In this document: positions 52,429 through 64,000 of the stretch, one piece after another
How the letters are laid out: each line of letters opens with the position of its first letter
How positions within the stretch are numbered: the stretch's first letter is position 1
Assembly: GCF_964355755.1 (NCBI RefSeq)
Contig: NC_092674.1
Coordinates: 24,862,001-24,926,000 of the forward strand
Direction: 5' to 3'
DNA from: Antedon mediterranea
Taxonomy: Eukaryota > Animalia > Echinodermata
DNA length: 64,000 nucleotides
The notes under the pieces: model-generated
Told to the model about the DNA's origin: nothing
The model's input: the letters and a program-made list of their open reading frames with translations, nothing else
Databases searched by the model: none
Made by a program: the position numbers and the translations under genes

Positions 52429-53432
52429 AGGATGCATTGGCGTACTGTATTTACATTATATCATGTGTTAACAGTAACAAATAAGTCAGTGTTTACTTTT
52501 TCATGTAGGCCTGAAATGAAATGCTCGTAACTGAATTTGAGTTTGTCAAACGTGTTTTAAAATAATATAATAACTATCTTCATTGTTTTCTACTCTTATT
52601 CTCTCCACTCTTTATTCGCCAGCCTGTTGCCTCATTTGTTTTTATTTCTTTTATTCAAGTCCAATCAGGCAGCGATTGTCTGCTTTTTATTCTTAGTTTT
52701 CTCGAAATACCCTTAGTAGTGTTGCCCGAAATATAATGATTGATTCTGGCTATTTTACTTTAAGTTTTGATTTAGCTTTTGCTTAGGCCTATTTAATTTT
52801 GTATCTCCATTGAGATGCAACCACTGATACCCACAGCATTGTCAGTTTTCCAGTGCTTATTTTATTTGTATCTCCATTGACATCCAACCATTGATAACCA
52901 CATTGTATTTGCGGATAGAATAAGTCTACATGAGCATCCATGTTTAATACATTTTATTTACGTGTATTTGTGCCTCGATCAGAGGCTGAAGAGATTAGAT
53001 TAGAGAAGAGATTAGAGAACTATGTATTACTGCTTTGCTGTATAAATGATTAAAATTAAAGAGATTTGTCAAGTTATATTTTGACTAACCGGAAAAACCA
53101 GTTATTTGTTTGATATCTATGGAACGCATTTCTTAGGATATATTGATTTAACCTCATAAAAATAACAATAATTACTCAACATTAATTATTATTCCGATGT
53201 TATATAAAGATATAAAGGATTTTCCGTCTGATTCACAGTGTATTGTGTAATTATATAAAGCGGCAAATAATGATAGCACACAATAGACATTGTATATGAA
53301 TTATGATTAATTTCCGGTAGCGTGCCATATTTAATTCCGAACCTCGTAGGGCGCGGTACAGTATAATACTATCAGGCTCACTGTTTGGAGATACAGTATC
53401 ATCACTTGCATCTAGGCCTCTAGTTCGCCATC

Positions 53433-53612
53433 ATGGTTGTTAAAGATACCGATAAGAACAACGGCGCATCATCTTTAAAACGTCTAACTCTGTTGTTTAC
53501 GTTAGCGTACGGAGGCATCCTCCTTTTGGGATGTGTCTCGTTGTATTTGTTTTATTCTGTTCACCAACTGAAGGAGGACAACGATTTATTGATAAGCGCA
53601 CTTGATAACGAT
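53433..53612 (+). CDS. TNF-superfamily ligand gene 3, exon 1 (type II transmembrane)
   Basis: ATG in context gccatcATGg; TM segment LTLLFTLAYGGILLLGCVSLYLFYSV; phase-0 donor gtaagt at 53613. Six-exon model gives about 271 aa. Confidence 0.85.
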
Positions 53613-53784
53613 GTAAGTACATTTAGTTATGCATGTTCAGGAAATTTATTTATAGGTCCATGCCATAATCATAGACCTAATTTATAGGTCCATGATCATG
53701 TAATTTGAAAAGTAATTTATAGGCATGTGCGCTATTATACAATGACATTAATCTGTTTTTATGTATTATATTTATAACCTACAG

Positions 53785-53833
53785 AATGGTGAAAGTAACT
53801 ACAGAGCGATAGTACGAAACAGACGTAACCCGA
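53785..53833 (+). CDS. Gene 3 exon 2 with furin consensus RNRR
   Basis: Acceptor cctacag; NGESNYRAIVRNRRNP; phase-1 donor gtaagt. Confidence 0.78.
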
Positions 53834-54690
53834 GTAAGTATCTTATGTATTGTTATATAATTATAACCCGTTGAGTAATAATTAGTAATTAAATATAATC
53901 AAAATATATTTCTTTACGCTAACGTAAATTGCGCTCTTGATACAATGTGTGACCCCTGATACTATGAAAGCACTTTGTTCCTACTGAGATGCAACGAAAG
54001 GATTTAAAGGCATTCGGATTGTCGCTTGTGATGGTTTCGTTGTTGCGTTGTGTGGAAACAGACCTTTAGTATCAAGTACATTAGAATGTACGTCATAATA
54101 GGGAAAAACATATTACCATTACGTCATAATATGGGAAAACATCTGACCATTACGTCATAATAGGGGAAAACATCTGACCATAATCAATTTATTATTGTTT
54201 CGAATATTACTAAATAAATCAATAGATTTATAATCAATATTGCACAAATCACTTGCAATACGGAGTAATACTAAGGTAATGACACAAGATGTCAAGATTA
54301 TTTTTAGAACAAACATTAGTCACATGTGTCATGGCTAAATAGATTTGTGATGCAATCAATAATTTCAAATAATTTTCTAAACAAATTTATTTATGTAGCA
54401 CCACTTTTGAAATTAAATATATGTTGTTTGATTAATTTTTATTTTCGGTCGGTAAATGTAGTTTTGTATTGCAATGTGCTCATAATTTATATAAGCAATA
54501 ATAATTTTAAATTGGGTGGTATATGTTGTTGCAGTTGAAATGCGTGTCCTTAAAGTTTGAAAACTATTTGCGGGGGTTGATGGTGATAGGCCTACAGCTG
54601 ATGAATAGCTGATTTATTAATGCATGTAGACGGAGTGTAGAAATTAGAATCGTATTTTGTTATTCACATGACTTATATTTATCTTTACAG

Positions 54691-54704
54691 GTTCAAACTA
54701 TCAG
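54691..54704 (+). CDS. Gene 3 exon 3 (14-nt micro-exon, SSNYQ)
   Basis: Acceptor tttatctttacag; donor CAG|gtaagg; supplies the required phase 1 to 0 change and mirrors exon 3 of gene 2. Confidence 0.7.
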
Positions 54705-54816
54705 GTAAGGCTTTTAAAATTATTCTATACGGTATAACCGTAAAGTAGGTCTAGTGCATGACGTCGACAGACTGTACATGCGCTAAGTTTCCAGCAGCAT
54801 ACGTGAACCATGGATG

Positions 54817-54970
54817 TTAAGCTATGTCTATACTGTCGAACTAGTTTGTGATGTACCCAAATATGGTAGTGATATGCCCAAATATGGTAGTGATATGACA
54901 TCATCATGTCCATAAATAGGCATATCACTTTTTTTTTGTCACATAAACGTTGATAGTGGTAGATAGAGTA
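54817..54970. mobile_element. MITE family A copy (reverse orientation)
   Basis: Same core in reverse complement; degenerate TIRs. Confidence 0.7.
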
Positions 54971-56729
54971 TTAGGTTAGGAAAGGATTTTTAGACTGACG
55001 CCCAAAACCAATGTTTGCACAAATGTGACTTTTTGCACATTCCACGGCTCAACATCCTGACAACATGCAAACAATGAAAGCAATGTTTAAATTTACATTG
55101 TTGTTAGGGGATAATGATAACGTACGGTTAATGACGTCAACACCGTCTGTCCCACTCGTTTGACCAGTTGGCGTATTGGTACTATAGCGTTGGAGGGCCA
55201 TTTATGTTTCCTAACTCCAACCCACCCCCCTCCCCCTGCTTCTGCGTAACGCATCTGGTTTTACGGTAAGGTATCTTATCCAGTTATGTGTAATTATCCT
55301 TTCACTCATTGTAGTTTTAATATTTAGAATTTTTCGGTACCCTGAAACTAAAATTCATTACAGTTTCTGTCCTGTTTCCGTTTTTTTTATGGGCTGCTTC
55401 GCTTTTTTTGGAATTTTTTCCCTCTTATTTTAATCATATTTACTGTTAATTTTATTTATTATGACATCATAAGAGAAATAAATTTTACTTTGATTGATTG
55501 AATGAATGATTATCGATTTACCGTATTAGCAGATAGAAGATTTGAACTACTCAGGCCTAATTGTAGCCTAGTGTGTTTTCTCCCCTTTGTTTTGAAAGAA
55601 TATGTGGGTTTTGTGGTGTATTAAGACAATTCGTTTTCTTTTTCATTTCCTATTGAAAATATTGTCTTAAGTCTAGCCTTTTGTTTACATACCAAAGGAA
55701 ATATAAAGACATAGTAGGCTGTATTGATAATTACATATGGTTAGATCATCGAGACATCTCAAGTATTCATTCATCCGCCCTCATAATATGCTGTTTAAGA
55801 ATATAAAATTTAAAAAACAGCGAATACTGAATAGCAAATGAAAAGTTTTACGGCATCGCAATTTGAAAGACAGACACCGAAAAGCCGCAACGCTAGTGCT
55901 AAACAATGGCAATGGTTTTGTGAAAGATAAAAACGGGAAAAGTCTTCAATGTATTGCTTTGTTAGGCCTCTACCTCTATGGTTAGGCATTGTCTCCCAAG
56001 CACCTTGAATCCGCCCCTACAATAAATTGATATGCCTCTATAAAGCAGGATTTCCTCAGCTTGAATGTATTGGAAAATAATAAAGATAGACCATGGTTGG
56101 GTAAACTGACTTGAAAAAGGCCTACGTCAGCAACAATGTACTTGGACTTTAATAATCGTCGCGTATCCGACTATAACCATTACGACGTACGTATTCGCTG
56201 TTATTTACGTCGACATAGGCCTACTCTTACCCGGCAATACCCGGTGGCTTTATCTATCCTACTTAACTTACCATGATGTTTTTGAATGCAAGAGTATTTC
56301 CATTGAGGATCCAGCTGGCATATTACGCAATAAGTAAAGGTTCGTAATCCAAAAAACTTTAGTACGTTCAAACAACAAATCCAAAATAGTGAAGGTTAAA
56401 TGTGAGGTAAATTAAACTCACAATAGTATAGAAAGCAGACAAAATAGTGAGTTAATGTTTTCAACTGATACATGCTAATTTCTGGATTGCTATCGAATAC
56501 TTTTTGCACTCACATCTTTCGCTTTTCAAACCGTCTACCGTTTAAACTTGTAAAAATTCTTGACGTCCGTTAATCAGCTGTTCGTTGCGATTACGTCATT
56601 AATGAATTTGAATATAATAATGTGTCCAGTTAGCGTGTTTGTCAATAAAGTAGTAACCTTTGTGACATTATTTAGTAGTTATAGTAATAATAATAATCCT
56701 AACATAGAAACTTACCTAACTATATTAAT

Positions 56730-57040
56730 ATGATGGTGCTGTTGAAGATGTTGATGATGACGATGTTGAAGATGATGGTGCTGATGAAGATGATGATGGT
56801 GATGATGATGATGATGATGCTGATGATGAAAGTGATGTTGATAATGATGATGTCGGTGATGGTGATGGTAATGATGATGATGTTAGTGATGTTGTTGATG
56901 ATGATGATGGTGATGATGATGGTCATGTTGATTGTGAGATGAAGAGGATTATTTAGATGTTGATTCGATTATTTTGATGATGATGATGATAATGATGATG
57001 TTGATTCGATTATGATGATGATGATGATGATGATGATGTT
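56730..57040. repeat. Imperfect (GAT)n microsatellite in gene 3 intron 3
   Basis: Directly visible. Confidence 0.95.
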
Positions 57041-57115
57041 AGTATACTTGTTTATGTTAACATTTTTTTTATTATATAAAAAAGAACCTTACCAAAAACT
57101 AAATCTATATTGCAG

Positions 57116-57191
57116 ACGAGTAGACGGCACTCAATAATGGTCGGTTCCTCGGCACACATGGTCGGTCACATAGAAGCAAGACTATCCCGCG
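57116..57191 (+). CDS. Gene 3 exon 4: TNF strand A (SSAHMVG)
   Basis: Acceptor attgcag; TSRRHSIMVGSSAHMVGHIEARLSR; phase-1 donor gtaggt. Confidence 0.8.
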
Positions 57192-57845
57192 GTAGGTATT
57201 TAGAAAATACGAATCGAGAATGTTTAAGCATGTTTGTTATAAGGTTATACAAAAACAATTACACTTTCCACTGTGTGACCTTTTTGAATCACCATCACCA
57301 ATAGCTCTCTGGTCATTTCGGGTCTACGTGAGAAATTGATACCTCCCATATCTGAAGTTATTTCTGATTGGTCAGAAGTATGTTATGACACGTACGAATA
57401 CCCGGATGCTCGGGATTTGACTGGGGATTAGAGATCGTTCCATTTAACACGTCGTCGCAGATAAACTACTTAATAATACCATTATTTTCTTTGTAAGGGT
57501 TTCTTCTTGTACTGTATTTAATATGTATCACTCTGTAGACCTACTTAATTGACCACCATTTTGCTTTATGAATGTTTGTATAAAACAACACGTTGTATAC
57601 ACATGACCTTCACCGATCATACGCTAATTATATTTATATTAAATGAGAGATGTATATTGTGCTATTGTTTACCACAAGTCTTTAGTTCCAGTATAGTTAT
57701 GACACGCCATACGTGTCAAAACGTCTTATTTATTTTTTCCGAACATTATAGTTTAATCACCGTCAAGATACCAACTCTGTTTGGATAAATGTGTAAGAAA
57801 ATGGGACACTGTATGTAAAATCAATGATTTGCCATTCATTTTCAG

Positions 57846-58113
57846 GACAATGGCTGACTTGGTGCTTTAGGAAAACATACAGCAAGCCGACTAACGCAAC
57901 AAATTGCGTTTCGACACTGAGTCACAGTGATTTTGTAGTTGCCGACGATAAGCGGACAATCACCATACCAAAATCTGGTTATTATTTTACGTACGCTCAA
58001 CTACTAACAACGGCAAAATCAAGTGCGACTAAGGGTTTTCAGATAGCAGCTATACCAGGAGGACGAATATCTGAAGCCTATCCGGTCTTGTCCGGTTACC
58101 AAACACAATATCC
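57846..58113 (+). CDS. Gene 3 exon 5: TNF domain core
   Basis: Acceptor cattttcag; WLTW...ITIPKSGYYFTYAQL; phase-2 donor CC|gtaatt. Confidence 0.87.
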
Positions 58114-58259
58114 GTAATTATCTATTTATACTTTTATATATATAAACCATAACATGCGGATAGCCGAGTGTATTTTTACCGTATACCAAGTGTTTAATTT
58201 AATATTATCTGAATAATATAATAATTATTATTATGTTTGCGTTTAAATTTACACAATAG

Positions 58260-58488
58260 GTTGTATAAGGATCATTCACCAACAGAAAGTAAAGAATCTT
58301 CATACGTTGGGGGCGCTATTTTCTTTTGTCAAGGGGACCTGATTGGAGTTCGTGCAAATCCGAACAATAACGAAGACATCACTCTGGATTCGTCTGAAGA
58401 AGGATCGTCTTACTTCGGAGCTCTCATTTTAAAAGAGATTCCTGCTCACCTAAATTATCGATATTGTGTTAAAACCTACAAATCATAA
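58260..58488 (+). CDS. Gene 3 exon 6: TNF strands F-H and C-terminal tail
   Basis: Acceptor acaatag; SSYVGGAIFFCQGDLIGVRAN...SSYFGALILKEIPAHLNYRYCVKTYKS*. Confidence 0.87.
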
Positions 58489-59938
58489 TTGTTTAAACTA
58501 GATGATGTGAGTGTCTGTCTACAATAACCTAACCTGGGCACAATATTAAACAACACGGTCTACGGACATAATTAACAGTGTCTATATAAATATGCTATTA
58601 TTAAAATATATTTACGGCATATCAAGGTGCTAAAAGCTTTCGCTCAATTTCAATATTCTCAAGAACTTTTTGACTGAATTGACTATACATAACTAATAAT
58701 GATATCAAGTCGTATCAAGTTCTTTTGTAATCATAGGTCCTAATCATAATGCTAACATTACATACAGTATTATTATAAGCTACCGCTTGTTGTTGGACCT
58801 TTGTTGATTGTCATTCCATTCTGTTTTAAGTAAAACACATTTACCAATCCACCTGTACCACCAATGAACAATGGGTACCCAGCTCGCTACGTATTTATAC
58901 CGTTATGCATTACGTCATTATCTAAATAAATCACTCATAACGAAAAGTAACAACGCCATCACAGTACAGTACACATTAAATATGTTGGTTTTATTCATTG
59001 TATTTTTATTATATATGTCTCTAGAGCTTAATAGATATTTTTGTTTTATGGTTAATCTATCATGCATATGTCTAAAATCTTTATGGAGCGATATTAAATT
59101 GCGCGTGTCTATTGATTAATACACGTTTTGATATTCTCGTAACTACGGTACTATGTCTAAAGGCAATACATCACGGACTGATTTATATCCAGCGATGGTA
59201 AAAATTTGGTCCATTACAAACAAAGTCCAACACGTAAATATTAATTGAACCTCCCTCTAATTTCTTTTACTACAGTAAATTTTATCTATATTACACAATT
59301 ATTATTATACATAGTTGCAGGTGCAAAAAAATGAAACAACTTACCAATTGAATTATTCACGAACAATTACTTATTTTAAGAGAACTCATTTCTTTTTTAA
59401 ACTAAAACTTTTATTTCAATTCTTGTATCTCAGACAGGACAATCCTGAATAAATGTTGTTTAAATAAATACCTTTTTAAAATAACACGTCGATGGGGTTT
59501 GAACCCTTGTGTTCAAGATTAGGAAGCTAAGCACCTACTATTCAGCCAGCCTCATCACAGCCGGCTCGTTCGACGTTTCATGCAGAAAACATGAATGATT
59601 CATTTTTTTTAGTATATATTATGCATTATTCATGATTTCTTCTGCCTAATAGTAATACCATTTCACATCTGCAAAACTTGTAACCAGGTTTGCATTGTGT
59701 CAATACCAAGTCGGGAGATCAAACCTTGTTACAATTTGTTAAAAGTTGTATTAATAATTTATGCAGATGTGAAAGGAGAATACAAATTTCGCGCCCATCT
59801 CATCGAAATTAGGTGATGGTGTTGTCTCTAGACATCCTCCGAGAGTAGGGTGAATCGAAAATCGGGTAGACATTCATTCACTTACTTACTATTCTTCATA
59901 TTCTTACAGAAGAAATACGCAGAAACATCTTAGAAACA

Positions 59939-60204
59939 TTATCCGGAGTCAATCCATTTGTAAAAACCAGCAAATTCCAAATGCGTTACTAAATCAGACG
60001 ACCAGTAGATATTGCAATTCTGGTCGATCACAGTGTATTTGAAATAAATACAATGACTTTGGCTCAAACATTGATGGGCGCAACGTATTCGAGAAGATTG
60101 CCTTGACGTAGTGATGATGTGGTTCGAATCATCAGACGACCATTCAGATTCTGGGGAAGTTTCTCCTGATTGGAAAATTCCATCGGTAGAGCACTTGTGT
60201 ATCT
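59939..60204 (-). CDS. Gene 5 last exon: PAN/apple-like domain
   Basis: Minus-strand acceptor tactttcag, phase 1; SRIRCAHQCLSQSHCIYFKY...CNIY has the CxxxC...C..F.Y...C pattern of PAN/apple modules. Confidence 0.78.
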
Positions 60205-60460
60205 CTGAAAGTACATTACAAAAGCAACAGACCAATTAAGCTAATGGTTTGGGAAAATTATAAATAATAATTTTAATTATAATAAAATGGCAATAAAGCG
60301 CTTATATTACACGTATGGAACACAGTTCCATCAATGAAAATAATATTTTCATACATACAATACAACAACTGAATATGCATCGTTTAGCTTTATGTAAAAT
60401 TATATAGATTTTTCGCAATCCTGGAATTCTACGTCATAGTATACAGCAGCTAAATCTTAC

Positions 60461-61111
60461 TTGTTTCATCTTTGTAGGCCTTCATTTCGGCTTCATTGAG
60501 TACCCTGTCAAATAGCTGAAGTCTTGAGAAACCCATTGATTTTTCAGCATCAACTTCAACTTCACCCGATATATCGCCGGGGTAAATAATAACTTTACCA
60601 AAGTTGATCGTAACAGACGAGAAAGACGTGTTAGCGGTGCGGACGATCTCTCCATCTCTCCAGATACTCATTTCACCGGCATCCCCGTCGAATGTTAAAC
60701 CAAGAAACGTCCACGTAGAAAGCTTCAAAGTATTGACTCTCATCATTTCACCATTACGACGAATAACTACTTCACACATGTGGAGAACATTATCGATAAT
60801 AGAGACCCGTATGTTAAACGCCGTGCCGCTTGACTCACCCATTTGAAAGATAGCTCCCTGAGTGGCGTTTGCAAACAAGTACGCAAACACTGTCAGTGAC
60901 ATTTTAGTAACTTGTCTCCATTCAGATGTTGATGATACTAGTACTCTTTCTGATGATCCACTAAACTCAAAGGCGCCATCGAGGACACCGTTATGGTCGG
61001 TAAAGTAGCGGTAGTTATCCGTGTCGTAAGCATGTGTAAGGATGTCTTTTATTCCGCATAGACTGTTTAGTGGCCAGAAAGTCACAGGGAGCAAATCTTC
61101 AGAAACCGACT
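60461..61111 (-). CDS. Gene 5 exon 6: LamG / concanavalin-A-like (pentraxin-like) beta-sandwich
   Basis: FWPLN...GAFEFSG...WTFLGLTFDGDAGEMSIWRDG...LQLFDRVLNEAEM; acceptor ttgcag; phase-1 donor A|gtaaga just before the in-frame stop. Confidence 0.85.
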
Positions 61112-61864
61112 CTGCAATAAATTTAAATTACCATATATAAAATAACTATAAAGTTAGATATTGAAGATGTATTTTCTCCTAAAAAACATAACAAATGGAG
61201 ATTATTAATAAAATCAGATTTTGAATATGCCATTAAATTAAGTTATTCACTTCCGCAGAAAAAAAACGAAAACAAAAAAAATGTTTTCAATTTTCACAAA
61301 ACCCATTGACTTTAAGTCGATTTGACTTTTTTGCTTTAAATCACAGTTTTTTTAGGTGAATAATTTTTGTTCCGATCCAATTTCATTCAAAGTGAGTATC
61401 TATTATGGAACATACAACAAAATATGGACAATATCTTTAACCATTTCATGTTATAAGGAAAGTACGACAGTTCTATGATGATTTAGGAGATTTTCCACAA
61501 AGACTTTAAAAATCAAATCTCTGGAGTTCTATACAATCAAAATGCTGGTAGTATGTGCAAATTTCGGAGTATTTACTAGGCGACGTGAAAAAGGTATGAA
61601 ACATTTTGTTTAGGTTATCAATAAAAGTAAAAGTTTTAATGAAAAGATTTAAAGTAATTGAAATTAGTCCCCAACAAGATAGTGGAGAGCCATCTTATAC
61701 TATAAAAAAACAATAACTCCTCATTTCAGAAGTAGTTCAAACGTCTAAATAAGATTATTTTCCTTCATTCATCATACACATTCATAAACATACATAAATA
61801 AGCAACATAGTGCAAAGAAAAAAAAATAAATATACTAAAAATCATCAACATTATTAAAACTTAC

Positions 61865-62077
61865 GGATATCATCGCTTTCCCCGTAAATTCGAATTTCGC
61901 AGACAGAAAATGCATTGTTGACACTAAGCGTAACGTACCGTCCTTCAGCTGGTGAATCACACGTAAAATCGATAATAGGACTTTCCATCACCATTTCTAT
62001 ATCTGCTGGATCACCACACAAAGTTTTATCCACCCTTATCGTAGAGCCATCTAACTGTAGCGCTATTCTTTTTTTTT
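61865..62077 (-). CDS. Gene 5 exon 5: C-terminal part of F-type lectin / discoidin-like domain
   Basis: LDGSTIRVDKTLCG...IDFTCDSPAEGRYVTL...FSVCEIRIYG (GRYV and CEIxIYG motifs); phase 1-1; donor gtaagt. Confidence 0.8.
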
Positions 62078-62482
62078 CTATAATTATAAAAAATAATCTA
62101 TAAAATCCCTATGGTGGTGCATGAAAATATACAAAACATGTCTAGAACATGCCGAAAATCAGGGAGATAACATAAGATAACTTCATGTGAGGCCTAATGT
62201 TTGGTCCCCACAACAGACTCAACACAAGGATGTAAGCGGAACGCAAACTATTTGACCAATCACAAGCGATGGATTCGAACTATCGCTTTTTATCGGTCAA
62301 CTCTATACGTCTACGTCTTGCGTTGCGTTTCTTGCGGAAACAAAGCATTAGAAAGTAGGGCTGCCGTATCACACACAGAGGGTTACGTATGGCACAGGGA
62401 TGGTAGAAAAATGAGATCCCTGTAAATGTATCTTCCTTATCGTTCGGCGTGAATCGTGAATCATTTCTGATATAAATCTTAC

Positions 62483-62569
62483 GTAAGCTCATAGCGTTGA
62501 TTACAGTTACCATAGTAACATTATATGTATCTCCAAGATCTACCGTTATCGATTCGCTAACACCACGGT
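62483..62569 (-). CDS. Gene 5 exon 4: F-type lectin-like domain, middle part
   Basis: DRGVSESITVDLGDTYNVTMVTVINAMSL (VDLGxxYxVxxVxxxN motif); acceptor caacag; donor gtaaga; phase 1-1. Confidence 0.8.
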
Positions 62570-62976
62570 CTGTTGGTTAGAGAACATCAATTATTATTGT
62601 AATTACAAAAACTTTATTATTAACATGCATTTATCTATCTATTCATTTAAATTTAAAGATATTGTTTGTACATTTGAGAAGGGGTGTGAACAGTGGCGTA
62701 ACGCAGAGCCTGCCATAGGAATCCCTAATGACCCTTCAACGCCGGAGGCCTCGGGTATTTTTAGCCTTTTCGACATACTGTTTTTTCCTCTGGACACTGC
62801 TCAAGGGCCACATCTGGGGCCGCTGGGTTTAGCCAGTGAGCGCTCATAGCCGTTACGCGTAATCCCACGACCTTCATATATCATTAGCCTGGCATTCGAC
62901 GCCTCTCTGACGAACGAGCTAAATTGCACTGACGGCTATGGCTCATTCAAACAACTTTTCGAGAGAGTTAACTTAC

Positions 62977-63105
62977 CATCTGTAGTAAAGCATTCAGTGT
63001 TCCATGTGGCAACCGTGTCCATTCCATCCGTTATTGTTGCCACATCACTGGCATAAATTTCGGACGAAGATGAAGCTTTTGCGGATTTACGAAGAGAAAG
63101 ATATG
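62977..63105 (-). CDS. Gene 5 exon 3: F-type lectin-like domain, N-terminal part
   Basis: YLSLRKSAKASS...ITDG...CFTTD (resembles NLALxKxAxQSS...AVDG...CxHT); acceptor ttttcag; donor G|gtaagt. Confidence 0.8.
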
Positions 63106-63416
63106 CTGAAAATACGTAAAGAAATAAATAGTTATGGTAGTAGTACTTAGGCCCATGAAGGAATTCGTCCGTTATAAGCTTAAGCAAAAGTTTATTAGGC
63201 CAATGCCAAAGAGTATTATTCGAGAGAATAGCATGTCTTGAGCCGCGGCGCTTTTAACGATTGTGGGGTATATAGGCTTGATTTTCAGTTGTGGCACGTT
63301 ACAATTGTTGTCATCATATACCGCAATCGTTTGCCGCAATACGATCTTCACTTTTCTACCTTTTTAAATGTTTTCTATATTCAACAAACACATTATTGAA
63401 TTCAATTGAATCTTAC

Positions 63417-63453
63417 CGGAATCTGCATCTTCTACTAAGATGTTAATCAAGAT
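63417..63453 (-). CDS. Gene 5 exon 2: end of signal peptide (ILINILVEDADS)
   Basis: Acceptor ttttattttcag; donor G|gtaaga; phase 0 to 1. Confidence 0.65.
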
Positions 63454-63749
63454 CTGAAAATAAAACATACTACTAATTCTATCTTTTTGTTTAGAAGCGT
63501 ATAATATGGTGGTAGGCTTTAGCACGGACCAATAACGATCGGGATACGTTTTCCGCTTTGTCGTCTAGAGACACGTTACTGAAGGGAAGACTGTTTATAG
63601 TTTCACTAGAAAGGTATCGACATAAAAATATCTAACAGCAAAAAAAAAAAACATACAAGTACTGTACAGAAATTCAAGATGAATTATCAGATAAAACAAA
63701 ATATGTAGGCCTTTGGCAACACACCAGTAGGCCTACTACTATCAATTAC

Positions 63750-63779
63750 CTTTATGATGATAATCAACAAATGACGCAT
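63750..63779 (-). CDS. Gene 5 exon 1: start of signal peptide (MRHLLIIIIK)
   Basis: ATG at 63779; donor AAG|gtaatt, phase 0; the seven-exon model is 1413 nt, 470 aa. Confidence 0.6.
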
Positions 63780-64000
63780 TTCACTCCTGTAATTTCACAG
63801 TAAGCCCTAGGTTTAGCAAAATGTTCAGCAAAATCAGAGAAAGTTAAAGAACATGACAGATAGCTTGGTACTTGGTGCATTGATCCTTTGCAGTGCTCAA
63901 ATTTGGTGGGATTGGGTGCAGGTGAAGCATCAGAGCCAAAATGTGCAACAACTGTACTGTATGAATACTGTCGTGATGTGATCTTACTATTTGTATTCAA

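Noticed and set aside
56720-56942. Poly-Met and poly-Ile ORFs on both strands
   Set aside because: (GAT)n microsatellite inside an intron of gene 3. An acidic exon in the third frame lacks convincing splice sites and is not needed for phase.
59488-59552. Second tRNA-like sequence (GGGTTCAAACCCC on the minus strand)
   Set aside because: Degenerate, with no complete cloverleaf visible; probably a SINE relic. Too weak to call.
60450-61094. LamG ORF as a stand-alone single-exon gene
   Set aside because: It starts at TTG and is flanked by phase-compatible splice sites joining it to the lectin and PAN exons.

Overview
AT-rich, intron-rich eukaryotic DNA, most likely from an invertebrate deuterostome (a Deu-domain tRNA-SINE is present; echinoderm is an inference). 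It is not prokaryotic, so most listed ORFs are exon fragments or noise. Joining exons by hand across GT-AG introns with consistent phases gives five genes. (1) An ectodysplasin (EDA)-like TNF-superfamily type II membrane ligand, + strand, 3858-23725. (2) A divergent TNF-like ligand, +, 35976-40924. (3) A Norrin (NDP)-like cystine-knot gene, +, 43727-47260. (4) A third TNF-like ligand, a paralog of gene 2, +, 53433-58488. (5) A secreted F-type-lectin-like / LamG-ConA / PAN-apple mosaic protein, - strand, 63779-59939. The most striking feature is inside the TNF domain of the EDA-like gene. It has three tandemly duplicated, frame-symmetric micro-exons in the A-A' loop and two complete, diverged alternative last exons for the C-terminal half of the domain. 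Together these look like a combinatorial splicing system that could diversify the receptor-binding surface of a TNF ligand. The rest of the window is MITEs (including self-nested stacks), SINEs and mini/microsatellites. All gene models come from the sequence alone and have no transcript support.
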